Below, piece after piece: positions 53,016 to 62,599 of a stretch of DNA of 62,667 nt. Origin of the DNA: Clostridia bacterium (GTDB lineage Bacteria > Bacillota > Clostridia > Christensenellales > Aristaeellaceae); NCBI GenBank assembly GCA_045637485.1, contig JAZTZK010000354.1:1-62667 (forward strand), written 5' to 3'. Every line of letters starts with the position of its first letter. The first letter of the stretch is position 1. Under the pieces are notes generated by a model. That model saw only the letters and a program-made list of their open reading frames with translations. It made no database searches and had not been told where the DNA came from. The position numbers were made by a program, and so were the translations under genes.

Positions 53016-53879
53016 TCAGCTGCCCCCCAACACCGCCGTCTTATTCGGGCTGGATCGGCGTTCCATGTTGGGAAAGCGACGCTCTATTGCGGCCAGCGCG
53101 ATCTCTACATCCTCGTAAACCTCTTCCGGCGTATGAGCGCCTACGGTGACCATATCGCAGGCACGAAGGGTTGAAAAGGCGAAGGAAAGCCCCACATAGG
53201 GCGAAACCCTGCCCGCTGCCATGGGTTTGATCGACATCACGGGCTTTCTGGCGCGCTCGATGATGGCTCGAACGCCTTCAACCTCTATCTGCATCAGGAA
53301 CCCTGCGCAATTGTAAATCTGGATATAGGTTTGCACGTCATAGTCATTTTCGTCCGAATAGAGCACCAACTCGGGCATGTGGGCCGACAGGCCGGGAATC
53401 ATGCCATGCTGGCGGATCATATCGAGGTAATCGGGCAACCGATCCATGGTCCCCTTCAGCTTGCTGACCAGCTGTTCGGCAGCGCTGTGGTGTATCAGGC
53501 AGATTTCACTGCCGTTCTTCGCGCAGGTCGCAATGGTCGATTCGGCAGAGCGTCGACCTTCCTTCGTGTCGGAAACATCGATAATTGGTGTGTCGATTTT
53601 GATGACGTGCCTGCCCGATTTGTCTTCGGCCTGTTTGATGCCATCGAGCAACGCCTGCTGACCGTTGAACGGAGCCATCATCGCGTCAATCCCGCAATTC
53701 AGATAGGCTTCAACCATGGCCTGAAACGTCTCTGAACGGCTGAAGCGGTTTTTAATCATGTGATCAGCGGAAGTGGTTGTGTGGCTCCATCCCAGCATCC
53801 AGTTTGTTCCCATGAGCAGGCGCGGAAGCGAGATGCTTTCAACCATAGTCCTCGGGAAAAGATCTGACAATTTGATCAC
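53016..53879 (-). CDS. hypothetical protein (287 aa), last gene of the cysteine-desulfidase-like operon
   Basis: Coding-like composition, co-directional with and downstream of the transporter. I could assign no motif. The start codon is uncertain (GTG 53879 or ATG 53846). Confidence 0.5.
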   Translation of the reverse strand: MIKLSDLFPRTMVESISLPRLLMGTNWMLGWSHTTTSADHMIKNRFSRSETFQAMVEAYLNCGIDAMMAPFNGQQALLDGIKQAEDKSGRHVIKIDTPIIDVSDTKEGRRSAESTIATCAKNGSEICLIHHSAAEQLVSKLKGTMDRLPDYLDMIRQHGMIPGLSAHMPELVLYSDENDYDVQTYIQIYNCAGFLMQIEVEGVRAIIERARKPVMSIKPMAAGRVSPYVGLSFAFSTLRACDMVTVGAHTPEEVYEDVEIALAAIERRFPNMERRSSPNKTAVLGGS

Positions 53880-54090
53880 CTCATTGCAGTCAAGTCAAAA
53901 GCGAGAAATAACCTCCGAAAAGACAGACGACTGCGCGCAGCCGATGTACCAAGCTTACCATAAAACGAGTATAATGGCAAGGTGTTTTTTCAAACCCAGG
54001 GGGAAAGCAAAAGCCGAAACCGAAAAATCCGTTTGGCGAGCATCCTGCCCTTATGCCCCAAATGCGCCCCATATACGCCGGAATATGTGG

Positions 54091-55271
54091 TCAGGCAGAA
54101 TGCTGCTCCTCGCGTATACCATGCTTCTCGGCGTAGCCGGTCAGCATCAACGTCAGCGCGCCGTCACCGGTTACGTTGCAGGCCGTGCCGAAGCTGTCCT
54201 GCAGGGCGAACACCGCCAACATCAGTGCGGTGCCGTCAGCGTTGAAGCCAAGAATGCCGGTGATCAGGCCCAGCGACGCCATAACAGTCCCCCCGGGCAC
54301 GCCCGGTGCGCCAATGGCGAACACGCCCAGCAGACAACAGAACAGGATCATCCTGCCGGGATCGGGAAGCTGGCCGTAGAGTACCTTGGAGACAGTCATC
54401 ACAAAGAACACCTCCGTCAGCACGGAGTCGCACAGGTGGATGTTCGCAAATAGCGGTATCGCAAAGTCCACCAGATCCCGGCGCAGGTTCCTGCTCTTGT
54501 GGGCGCAGTCCAGCGCAACGGCAAGCGTGGCCGCGGATGACATGGTGCCCACTGCGGTCAGGTACGCAGGCCCGTAGTGGCTGAGTACTTCCAGGCCCGA
54601 GCGCTTTGAATAGACCGAAGCGACGCCATAGAGTACGGTGAGCCATACGAAGTGCCCAACCAGGACGATCAAAATGACGATAAGGAAAACCGGCAGCTGC
54701 CTGGTGATAGAACCCTCCCAGGCGAGGCCGCAGAAGGTAGTGGCGATGAATATGGGCAGCACGGGGATGATAACCTTCTTCACCATCTCCAGCACCATGC
54801 TCTGGAATTCCTGAAGCATCAGGGTAATGGTCTTTGCCTTTGTCCAGACTGCCGAAAGGCCCAGCAGCGTGGAGAGTACCAGCGCGGACATCAAGGCATG
54901 ATCTGCGGAATGTCCAACTGGAAGGCTACGGCAGGCAGCTCCCGCAGGCCTTCCGGGTCAGAGACGATGTTCAGGTTGGGGATAATGCCATATCCTGCGC
55001 CCGTTGACATGAGCGCCGCCAGGAGACTGGACATGTAAGCCAGCACGACCGCCACCAGCAGCATCCGCGTGGCGCTGTTGCCCAACGTCGTGATGGACGG
55101 GGCGATGAAGCCGATGATGATCAACGGTACGCAGAAGTTGATGAGCTGTCCAAGGATGTACTTGACTGTAACGACGATGACCATGGCTTCCCTGGGCAGT
55201 ACCAATCCCAGCAGCATTCCCAGTACGATGGCCAGCAACAGTCTGACAGGCAGGCTCTTGAAGATTTTCAC
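54091..55271 (-). pseudogene. dicarboxylate/amino-acid:cation symporter (DAACS) split by a single frameshift
   Basis: The track ORFs 54891..55271 (126 aa) and 54091..54894 (267 aa) are consecutive parts of one SDF-family transporter (..AIGAPGVPGGTVMASL.., ..DSFGTACNVTGDG..). The frames meet at ~54891-54897 (..DIPQIM / ALMSALVL..). Confidence 0.75.
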
Positions 55272-55288
55272 AGACTTTTCCCCCCGTT

Positions 55289-56584
55289 CTATTCCGTCAT
55301 CATGCGAATGATTTCCTGATCTGTCTCACGCATACCCATCCTGGCGAGGCGACCGAAGTTTTCGATGGACTGTTCCACCCCTTTGACCACCAAGCCGTCG
55401 CCCGCGTAGAACTGCTGTCCGTTGCGGAACATCTCATAGCCGAAGATGCCCGTCTCGACGGCAGTGGCGATCTTGGCCGCGCAGGAGGATTTCGCTCCGT
55501 CGCACACGATGCCCGAGGTGATGGCCAGCGTATTGACGATGGTGTGGGAAATCTCCCGCAGGCCGCCGCCGTGCAGGTATGCGATGCCGCCCCCGGCCCC
55601 CGCGCCAGCGCTGACCGCGCCGCAGTATGCGGAAAGCCTGCCGATACCGGCCTTGGCCCGAAGGGTGACGAGGTTGGAAATCAGTAGCGCGCGATACAGC
55701 TTCTCCTGGCTCGCTCCCAGCCCTTCGGCAAAGACGATCACCGGCAGCGAGGCGGTAAGCCCCTGGTTGCCGCTGCCGGAGCATATCACCACCGGCAGCT
55801 CGGAACCGTTCATTCGGGCGTCAGAGCCTGCCGCGGCCCAGGCCTTGGCCCGGGTGCGCAGGTCGCTTCCCGTCGTCAATAGAACCTTGCCGATGTTCGC
55901 GCCGTAGTCATTTCGCAAGCCCTCCCGGGCGATTGCGGTGTTGTACTCGATCTGGCGATCCAGCAGCGCGCGCACGTCCTCCAGGTCGCAGGTACAGGCA
56001 AAGCTCCAAATGTCCTTCACCGTCAGCAGCGTGTAGTCGGGATTATCCGCCTTATCGTCGTCGGACGCGACTTCCTTCCGCACGAGGACGGCGCCGTCCC
56101 GCTCAATCAGCACGATGTTGGTATGCTCGCTCGCGATGCGAACCCTTGCCGACGATTCGCCCCGGTAGACAGTGACGATCATATCCAGCAGGTATTCGGA
56201 ATCCAGGGGCCTGATCTCGATGGTGGTCTGCCGGAGGTAGATTTCCAATTGATCCTTGGCGGCCTCATCAACATGGGCGATGACCTCCAGTCCGGCCTGC
56301 GCGTCGCCGGCCAGCGCGCCGATGGCCGCCGCTGTCGCTATGCCGCGCCGGTGTCCGGTATTGGGCACAACCACGCTCTTGACGTTCTTAATGATGTTGC
56401 CGCTTGCCTCCACCACGATCCTGTCAGGCAGGCAACCCAGTGTCTTACGGGCCACCGCCGCGCAGTAGGCCAGGGCAATGGGTTCCGTGCAGCCCATTGC
56501 GCTGACCAGCTCCCGGCGCAGGATCTCCACATAGGTTTGATAAACTTTGGAACTGCGCTCCATGACATCCGCAGCTTTGTCCAC
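55289..56584 (-). CDS. UPF0597 / serine-dehydratase-alpha-like family protein (L-cysteine desulfidase CyuA/YhaM-like)
   Basis: ..LVSAMGCTEPIALAYCAAVA.., ..VICSGSGNQGLTASLPV.. and ..ITSGIVCDGAKSSCAAK... GTG start with a GAGGAGGG RBS. Confidence 0.75.
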   Translation of the reverse strand: MDKAADVMERSSKVYQTYVEILRRELVSAMGCTEPIALAYCAAVARKTLGCLPDRIVVEASGNIIKNVKSVVVPNTGHRRGIATAAAIGALAGDAQAGLEVIAHVDEAAKDQLEIYLRQTTIEIRPLDSEYLLDMIVTVYRGESSARVRIASEHTNIVLIERDGAVLVRKEVASDDDKADNPDYTLLTVKDIWSFACTCDLEDVRALLDRQIEYNTAIAREGLRNDYGANIGKVLLTTGSDLRTRAKAWAAAGSDARMNGSELPVVICSGSGNQGLTASLPVIVFAEGLGASQEKLYRALLISNLVTLRAKAGIGRLSAYCGAVSAGAGAGGGIAYLHGGGLREISHTIVNTLAITSGIVCDGAKSSCAAKIATAVETGIFGYEMFRNGQQFYAGDGLVVKGVEQSIENFGRLARMGMRETDQEIIRMMTE

Positions 56585-56856
56585 TGCAATCCCTCCTCGG
56601 TTGCTCGGTCTGTAAACGAACTGCCATTCCAGAATTTGACCTTCACTTCACGATAAGCATGCGCTGTTGAAAGCTCAGAAGGTAGCGGCGCGGACTGACG
56701 GAAGGCGTCAGCCATATCAATTCTTCCCCTGCTCCAATTGGCGGCATGTGCCGTTGACAGCGCTTCTCTCTACATTTAATTATACAGGAGAAATAGACTT
56801 TTGTAAACATAATAATCCCTGGTCGACAGGAGCCTGACGGCAACGATGATTTATGA

Positions 56857-56885
56857 TTGAATACCCCGGCGGTTTTTGCTATAAT
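56857..56885 (+). promoter_or_regulatory. sigma-70 promoter with extended -10 upstream of hsdR
   Basis: TTGAAT (56857-56862), a 17-nt spacer, then TGcTATAAT (-10 at 56880-56885). Confidence 0.45.
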
Positions 56886-56972
56886 GTATAAAGGAATGCC
56901 GAGAATTATTGAAGACAGCGGCGGCCAGAATGCGGGATGTGTTCAAACTGTACCTGTAGATGAGGTGATTGC

Positions 56973-59309
56973 ATGAGCGCCATCAAACCGAAGTGGCAGA
57001 TGTCCGAGGAGGACATCAAGCTGCATTACATCACCCCGGCCATCACGGCGAAGTGGGGCTTGGATCGCATCACCATGGAGACGAAGATCACCGACGGGCG
57101 CATCAACCTGCGCGGCAATCTTGTGACGCGGGAAAAGCCAAAGCGGGCAGACTACATCCTGTATATCAACGCCAACAACCCCGTCGCCATCGTCGAGGCC
57201 AAGGACAACAGCCATTCCGTATCCCACGGCCTGCAGCAGGCCATGGAATACGCGCAGATGCTGGACGTGCCCTTTGCCTACAGCTCCAACGGCGACGGCT
57301 TCTGCGAGCATGACTTCCTGACCGGTCGGGAACGCCAGCTTGCCCTTGACGAATTCCCGTCCCCGGACGAACTGATCGCCCGATACAAACGCGGCGCGAA
57401 TGAGGGCAGCGGCCTGAACGACGCCGAGGTCGCCATGATCCGCCAGCCCTACTACAGCGGCATGAACGTCTATCCGCCCCGCTACTACCAGCGCATCGCC
57501 ATCAACCGCACGCTGGACGCCATCGCCCGCGGGCAGGATCGCATCCTTCTCGTAATGGCGACGGGCACGGGCAAGACCTACACGGCCTTCCAGATCGTCT
57601 ACCGGCTACTCAAGAGCGGCGTGAAGCACAAGATACTGTACCTGGCCGACCGGAACATCCTCGTGGATCAGTCCATCCAGCAGGATTTCGCGCCGCTGGA
57701 GAAGGTGATCCACAAGATCAACGTCGCCAAGGACGACCGCACCACCATCACCTCCCACGAGGTCTATTTCTCCCTGTATCAGCAGCTGGTGGGCGACGAT
57801 GACAGGGAGCACTTCAGCGCGCTGTTCTCCCCGGATTTCTTCGACCTGATCATCGTGGACGAGTGCCACCGCGGTTCGGCCAAGGAGGAGAGCCGCTGGC
57901 GGCGCATCCTGGAATACTTCTCCGGTGCCACGCAGATCGGCATGACCGCCACGCCCAAGGAGACCAAGTACATCTCCAACATCAACTACTTTGGCGAGCC
58001 GGTCTACACCTACAGCCTGAAGCGGGGCATCGAGGACGGCTTTCTCGCCCCCTTCAAGGTCATCGGCGTGACCACGGACATCGGCGAGGGCTGGCGGCCC
58101 CGGCGCGGCCAGACGGACATCAACGGCGTCGAAATCCCCGACCGGGTGTACACCAACAGCGATTACGACTACAACATCATACTGGAGGACCGCATCAACC
58201 AGGTGGCCTCGGAGATCACGGCCTATCTCAAAAGCACGGACCGGATGCAGAAGACCATCGTGTTCTGCGCCAACGAGGACCACGCCGAGCGCATGCGCGT
58301 CGCGCTGGTGAATCTGAACGCGGACATGTGCCGCGAGAACCCGGACTACGTCGTGCGCATCACCGGCAGCGACGATTACGGCAAGAAGAAGCTGGATTAC
58401 TTCATCTCCGTCACGGCGAAATATCCCGTCATCGCCACCACCTCCCAGCTGCTCTCCACCGGCGCGGACTGCAAGATGACCAAGCTGATCGTGCTGGACA
58501 AGATGATCGGCTCGATGACGGAATTCAAGCAGATCATCGGGCGCGGCACCCGCCTGCGGGAGAAGGAGGGCAAGACCCACTTCGTGGTGATGGACTTCCG
58601 CCGGGTGAGCCGCCTGTTTGCCGACCCGGACTGGGACGGCCCCATCGAGATGGAGGATGGCTTCGACCCTCAAAAGCCGCCCAAGCCGCCCAAACCACCC
58701 AAAGGCGACGACGGCGATCTGCCGATGCCGCCCACCGTCAAGCCCATCGTGGACGCCAACGGCTGTCCCGTGCGCGTCATCAACAAGATGGTTTCCGTCT
58801 ACGACGCAGACGGCAAGCTGCTGCGGCAGGAGAGCATCGTGGATTACACGAAGGAGAACATCGTCGGCGAATACGCCTCCCTGGACGGCTTCATCCGCGG
58901 GTGGTCCGCCCAGGACAAGAAGGAAGCCATTCGCTCGATGCTGCTGGAGCGCGGCATCAACCTGGAGGCCATGAAGGTCGACCAGTCCATGCAGGACGTG
59001 GACGATTTCGACTTCATCTGCCACGTCGCCTTCGACGCCAGGCCCCTGACCCGTCGAGAACGCGCCAACAACGTGAAGAAGCGCGACTTCCTGAGCCGCT
59101 ACTCCGGCGCGGCCCGGGAGGTGCTGGAGGCGCTGCTGGACCGCTACATGAACACCGGCGTCTACGAGATCGAGAAGACGGAGATATTGAAGCTCGACCC
59201 CTTCAAGCGTATGGGCAAGCCCGCCCGCCTCGCCGCGCTGTTCGGCGGGAAGGAAGGGTATTTGCAGGCCGTGCGGGAACTGGAAGAAGAAATCTATAAG
59301 ATAGGATGA
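56973..59309 (+). CDS. hsdR: type I restriction endonuclease subunit R (short, EcoAI/EcoEI-like form)
   Basis: The N-terminal PD-(D/E)xK region is ..ADYILY..AIVEAKD... Helicase motifs LLVMATGTGKT, DECHRGS and TATP are present. The C-terminus has a Pro/Lys-rich linker and tail. GAGGTG RBS. Confidence 0.9.
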   Translation: MSAIKPKWQMSEEDIKLHYITPAITAKWGLDRITMETKITDGRINLRGNLVTREKPKRADYILYINANNPVAIVEAKDNSHSVSHGLQQAMEYAQMLDVPFAYSSNGDGFCEHDFLTGRERQLALDEFPSPDELIARYKRGANEGSGLNDAEVAMIRQPYYSGMNVYPPRYYQRIAINRTLDAIARGQDRILLVMATGTGKTYTAFQIVYRLLKSGVKHKILYLADRNILVDQSIQQDFAPLEKVIHKINVAKDDRTTITSHEVYFSLYQQLVGDDDREHFSALFSPDFFDLIIVDECHRGSAKEESRWRRILEYFSGATQIGMTATPKETKYISNINYFGEPVYTYSLKRGIEDGFLAPFKVIGVTTDIGEGWRPRRGQTDINGVEIPDRVYTNSDYDYNIILEDRINQVASEITAYLKSTDRMQKTIVFCANEDHAERMRVALVNLNADMCRENPDYVVRITGSDDYGKKKLDYFISVTAKYPVIATTSQLLSTGADCKMTKLIVLDKMIGSMTEFKQIIGRGTRLREKEGKTHFVVMDFRRVSRLFADPDWDGPIEMEDGFDPQKPPKPPKPPKGDDGDLPMPPTVKPIVDANGCPVRVINKMVSVYDADGKLLRQESIVDYTKENIVGEYASLDGFIRGWSAQDKKEAIRSMLLERGINLEAMKVDQSMQDVDDFDFICHVAFDARPLTRRERANNVKKRDFLSRYSGAAREVLEALLDRYMNTGVYEIEKTEILKLDPFKRMGKPARLAALFGGKEGYLQAVRELEEEIYKIG

Positions 59310-59316
59310 CACACAA

Positions 59317-60798
59317 ATGAGCACCCTTTTCACATTCATCAAGCGCCTGCGCGACATCATGCGCAACGACGCCGGCGTCAACGGTGACGCCCAGCGCATC
59401 GAGCAGATCGCCTGGATGCTGTTTTTGAAGGTCTACGATTCCAAGGAGGAGGACTGGGCGCTGGACGAGGACGATTATCAGTCCATCCTGCCCGACGACT
59501 GCCGCTGGTGCAACTGGGCCCACGACGACGGCTCCGGGCGCGTGCCCACCGGCGACAGGCTGCTGGATTTCGTCAACAACCGCCTGTTCCCGACGCTGAA
59601 GACGCTGCCGGTCTCCGCCGAGATGCCGGTGAAGAAAGCCGTCGTCCCGTCCGTGTTCCAGGACGCCAACAACTACATGAAGGATGGCGTGCTGCTGCGG
59701 CAGGTCATCAACGTCATCGACGAAATCGACCTGTCCGATTACGAAGAGGTCCACGCCTTCGGTGAAATCTACGAAATCCTGCTGCACGAGCTGCAGTCCG
59801 CCGGTTCCTCGGGCGAATTCTACACGCCCCGCGCGGTCACGCAGTTCATGGCGAAGATGATCCGGCCGAAAATCGGCGAGACCATGGCGGATCTGGCCTG
59901 CGGCACGGGCGGCTTCATCACCAGCTGGCTGAGCGAGCTGGAGCCGCAGATCCAGACCACCGACGATCAGGCGAAATACTCCGGCTCCGTCTACGGCATC
60001 GAAAAGAAGCAGTTTCCCTACATACTCTGCGTGACCAACCTGCTGCTGCACGGCATCGACGAGCCCAACGTCTACCACGGCAACGCGCTGACGATCCACA
60101 ACCTGCTGGATTACACCGTCGACGAGTCTTTCTCCGTCCTCCTCATGAATCCCCCCTACGGTGGCAATGAGAAGAACGATGTGAAGAATTATTTCCCGGC
60201 GGACCTGGCCAGCAGCGAGACGGCGGACCTGTTCCTGGACGTGATGATGTACCGCCTGAAGCCCGGCGGACGGGCGGCGGTGGTGCTGCCGGACGGCTTC
60301 CTGTTCGGCACGGACAACGCCAAGCTGAACATCAAGAAGAAGCTGCTCTCGGATTTCAACCTGCACACCGTCATCCGCCTGCCGGGCAGCGTGTTTTCGC
60401 CCTACACCTCCATCACCACCAACATACTGTTCTTCGACCGCACCGGCCCCACGCAGGAGACCTGGTTCTACCGGCTGGACATGCCCGAGGGCTACAAGCA
60501 CTTCTCCAAGACCAAGCCCATGCGCCTGGAGCACTTCGCCCCGGCGATGGACTGGTGGGGAAACCGGCAGGAGATCAGCGTGGACGGCTTCGACAAGGCG
60601 AGGGCCTTCACGGCGGAACAGCTTTCCGGCGAACTGGGCTACAACTTCGACCAGTGCGGCTTCCCCCACGAGGAGGAGGAGATCCTCGACCCCATGGACC
60701 TGATCCTGCGCTATCAGGAGGAGCGCGCAAGCCTGAACGCCGAGATCGACCGCGTGCTCGATGAGATCACCGCCATACTGGGAGGGAACCGCCCATGA
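59317..60798 (+). CDS. hsdM: type I R-M N6-adenine DNA methyltransferase subunit M
   Basis: HsdM_N-like start (..LRDIMRNDAGVNGDAQRIEQIAWMLFLK..), motif I DLACGTGGF and motif IV LMNPPYGG. Confidence 0.9.
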   Translation: MSTLFTFIKRLRDIMRNDAGVNGDAQRIEQIAWMLFLKVYDSKEEDWALDEDDYQSILPDDCRWCNWAHDDGSGRVPTGDRLLDFVNNRLFPTLKTLPVSAEMPVKKAVVPSVFQDANNYMKDGVLLRQVINVIDEIDLSDYEEVHAFGEIYEILLHELQSAGSSGEFYTPRAVTQFMAKMIRPKIGETMADLACGTGGFITSWLSELEPQIQTTDDQAKYSGSVYGIEKKQFPYILCVTNLLLHGIDEPNVYHGNALTIHNLLDYTVDESFSVLLMNPPYGGNEKNDVKNYFPADLASSETADLFLDVMMYRLKPGGRAAVVLPDGFLFGTDNAKLNIKKKLLSDFNLHTVIRLPGSVFSPYTSITTNILFFDRTGPTQETWFYRLDMPEGYKHFSKTKPMRLEHFAPAMDWWGNRQEISVDGFDKARAFTAEQLSGELGYNFDQCGFPHEEEEILDPMDLILRYQEERASLNAEIDRVLDEITAILGGNRP

Positions 60799-62282
60799 CC
60801 CCGCAGGAACTCAAAAACAGCATCCTCCAGCTTGCCATACAGGGCAGGCTCGTCGAGCAGCGCCCTGAGGAGGGCACGGCGGAGGAATTGTACCGCCAGA
60901 TTCAACGGGAAAAGGCCGCCCTCGTCAAGACCGGGAAGATCAAGAAGGAAAAGCCCCTGCCGGAGATCACGGAGGAGGAAGTGCCGTTTGAGATTCCGGA
61001 GGGGTGGAAGTGGGTGCGTTACTCAGAGCTTTTTGAGATTGGATCCGCTATTAGAATACATCAAACAGACTGGAAAAAAGAAGGAATCCCTTTTTTCAGA
61101 GGGCGTGAACTTGTCAGACTTGCCAAGACAGGGAATCCAGATGCAGAAATCTTCATATCACACGAGCTATACGAGACAAATAAAGCAAAAGGCGGTGTCC
61201 CGCAAAAGGGAGATTTGCTAGTTACAGCGGTAGGTACACTTGGAAAGGTATATATTGTTAAGGGGACACAGCCATTCTATTATAAGGACGCTTATATTCT
61301 CCGTTATAATAATTTTGCTAAGCTCTTTTCTGAATACTTTAAATATGTAATTGAATCTCCTTTCATTCAAGGCTATATATCCCAAGGTTCTATGGGAACA
61401 ACAGTAGCCCAGTTAACAATCGAAAAAGCAAAAAAAATGCTATGCCCTCTCCCTCCCTTTGCCGAGCAGAAGCGGATTGTGTCGAAGATCGAGGAACTGC
61501 TGCCGTATATCGACCGGTATGAAGTGGCATGGAGCCGCCTGGAGGACTTCAATAAGCGCTTCCCGACGGACATGCAAAAATCCATCCTCCAGTTTGCCAT
61601 CCAGGGCAAGCTCGTCCCCCAGCGCCCCGAAGAGGGCACTGGCGAAGAACTCTATCAACAAATCCAAACCGAAAAACAGTCCCTCATCCGCTCCGGCAAA
61701 CTCAAAAAAGAAAAACCCCTCCCCGAAATATACGATGCCGAAATCCCGTTTGATATACCGGAGAGTTGGAAGTGGGTGAGGATAGGAGAATTAGTAGAGT
61801 GCATAACAAGTGGTTCCCGAGATTGGGCTAAATACTATTCCGATGAAGGAGATAAGTTCATCCGCATGGGAAACCTATCAAGAAACAGTTTCCGTATGCG
61901 GCTGGATAAAATACAGCATGTCAAAGCACCTGAGAACACGGAGGGACAGCGAACATCCCTTCAAGAGGGTGATTTGTTGTTTTCTATAACAGCAGAAATA
62001 GGCATGCTTGGATTGATCCCCGCTGACTTTGGAAAGGCATATATAAATCAGCATACAGCAATGATTCGCTTTGTTGAGATTCTCAGGAATAGGTACCTGC
62101 CTTTTGTGCTGATGACTGATTATGCACAGAAATACTATAATGGGAATCAACATGGAATTAAGAATAGTTTTCGGTTAGACAGAATAGCAACTCTACCTAT
62201 CCCCCTCCCTCCCCTCGCCGAACAAAAGCGCATCGTCGCCAAACTGGAAAAACTCCTGCCCCTGTGCGAAAGATTGAAATGA
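60795..62282 (+). CDS. hsdS: type I R-M specificity subunit S (two TRDs)
   Basis: It overlaps hsdM by 4 nt (ATGA). The conserved coiled-coil spacers are duplicated (..ILQLAIQGRLVEQRPEEGTAEELY.. / ..ILQFAIQGKLVPQRPEEGTGEELY.., and PPFAEQKRIVSKIEELLP / PPLAEQKRIVAKLEKLLP). They flank two AT-richer TRDs. Confidence 0.9.
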   Translation: MTPQELKNSILQLAIQGRLVEQRPEEGTAEELYRQIQREKAALVKTGKIKKEKPLPEITEEEVPFEIPEGWKWVRYSELFEIGSAIRIHQTDWKKEGIPFFRGRELVRLAKTGNPDAEIFISHELYETNKAKGGVPQKGDLLVTAVGTLGKVYIVKGTQPFYYKDAYILRYNNFAKLFSEYFKYVIESPFIQGYISQGSMGTTVAQLTIEKAKKMLCPLPPFAEQKRIVSKIEELLPYIDRYEVAWSRLEDFNKRFPTDMQKSILQFAIQGKLVPQRPEEGTGEELYQQIQTEKQSLIRSGKLKKEKPLPEIYDAEIPFDIPESWKWVRIGELVECITSGSRDWAKYYSDEGDKFIRMGNLSRNSFRMRLDKIQHVKAPENTEGQRTSLQEGDLLFSITAEIGMLGLIPADFGKAYINQHTAMIRFVEILRNRYLPFVLMTDYAQKYYNGNQHGIKNSFRLDRIATLPIPLPPLAEQKRIVAKLEKLLPLCERLK

Positions 62283-62283
62283 G

Positions 62284-62538
62284 GTGAAAATCGTGATAGA
62301 TTACTTGAACTTGAAAAACAGTTATATAGCTGCAATACAGGTGGGGCTATTGTTGAACGCTGGATATGAGGACGCAAAACGAGGAATCAACCTTCTCCAT
62401 AAGTTTTGTGAAAACTGCATTGATAACAGCAATTACAGTGATCAGGACAAGCACAACATGACGCGCAATCTGGAAATCGTAAAGGAAGCCCTCTCTCAAG
62501 AAATTGAGCTCCGTTTTCAAAATGCTCGACAACAATAA
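62284..62538 (+). CDS. small (84 aa) low-GC hypothetical protein immediately downstream of hsdS
   Basis: It uses a GTG start 1 nt after the hsdS stop and has a helical-looking sequence. No motif recognised. Confidence 0.4.
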   Translation: MKIVIDYLNLKNSYIAAIQVGLLLNAGYEDAKRGINLLHKFCENCIDNSNYSDQDKHNMTRNLEIVKEALSQEIELRFQNARQQ

Positions 62539-62599
62539 AAGAACCATTGCTGTACGAGTTATTGAAATGTTTGGCATAAACTGGTATTATAGAGCATAG

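Noticed and set aside
56585-56800. The leader of the cysteine-desulfidase-like operon considered as a T-box riboswitch.
   Set aside because: It contains AGAGAG and a segment (AAATTCTGGAATGGCAGTTCG) that only loosely resembles the T-box sequence. I could not trace a specifier loop, an antiterminator bulge or a terminator with a U-tract, so it needs a covariance-model scan.
57606-60669. Minus-strand ORFs of 597 aa and 488 aa covering hsdR and hsdM.
   Set aside because: They have antisense, low-complexity composition. The plus strand carries helicase and methylase motifs and tight R-M-S coupling.
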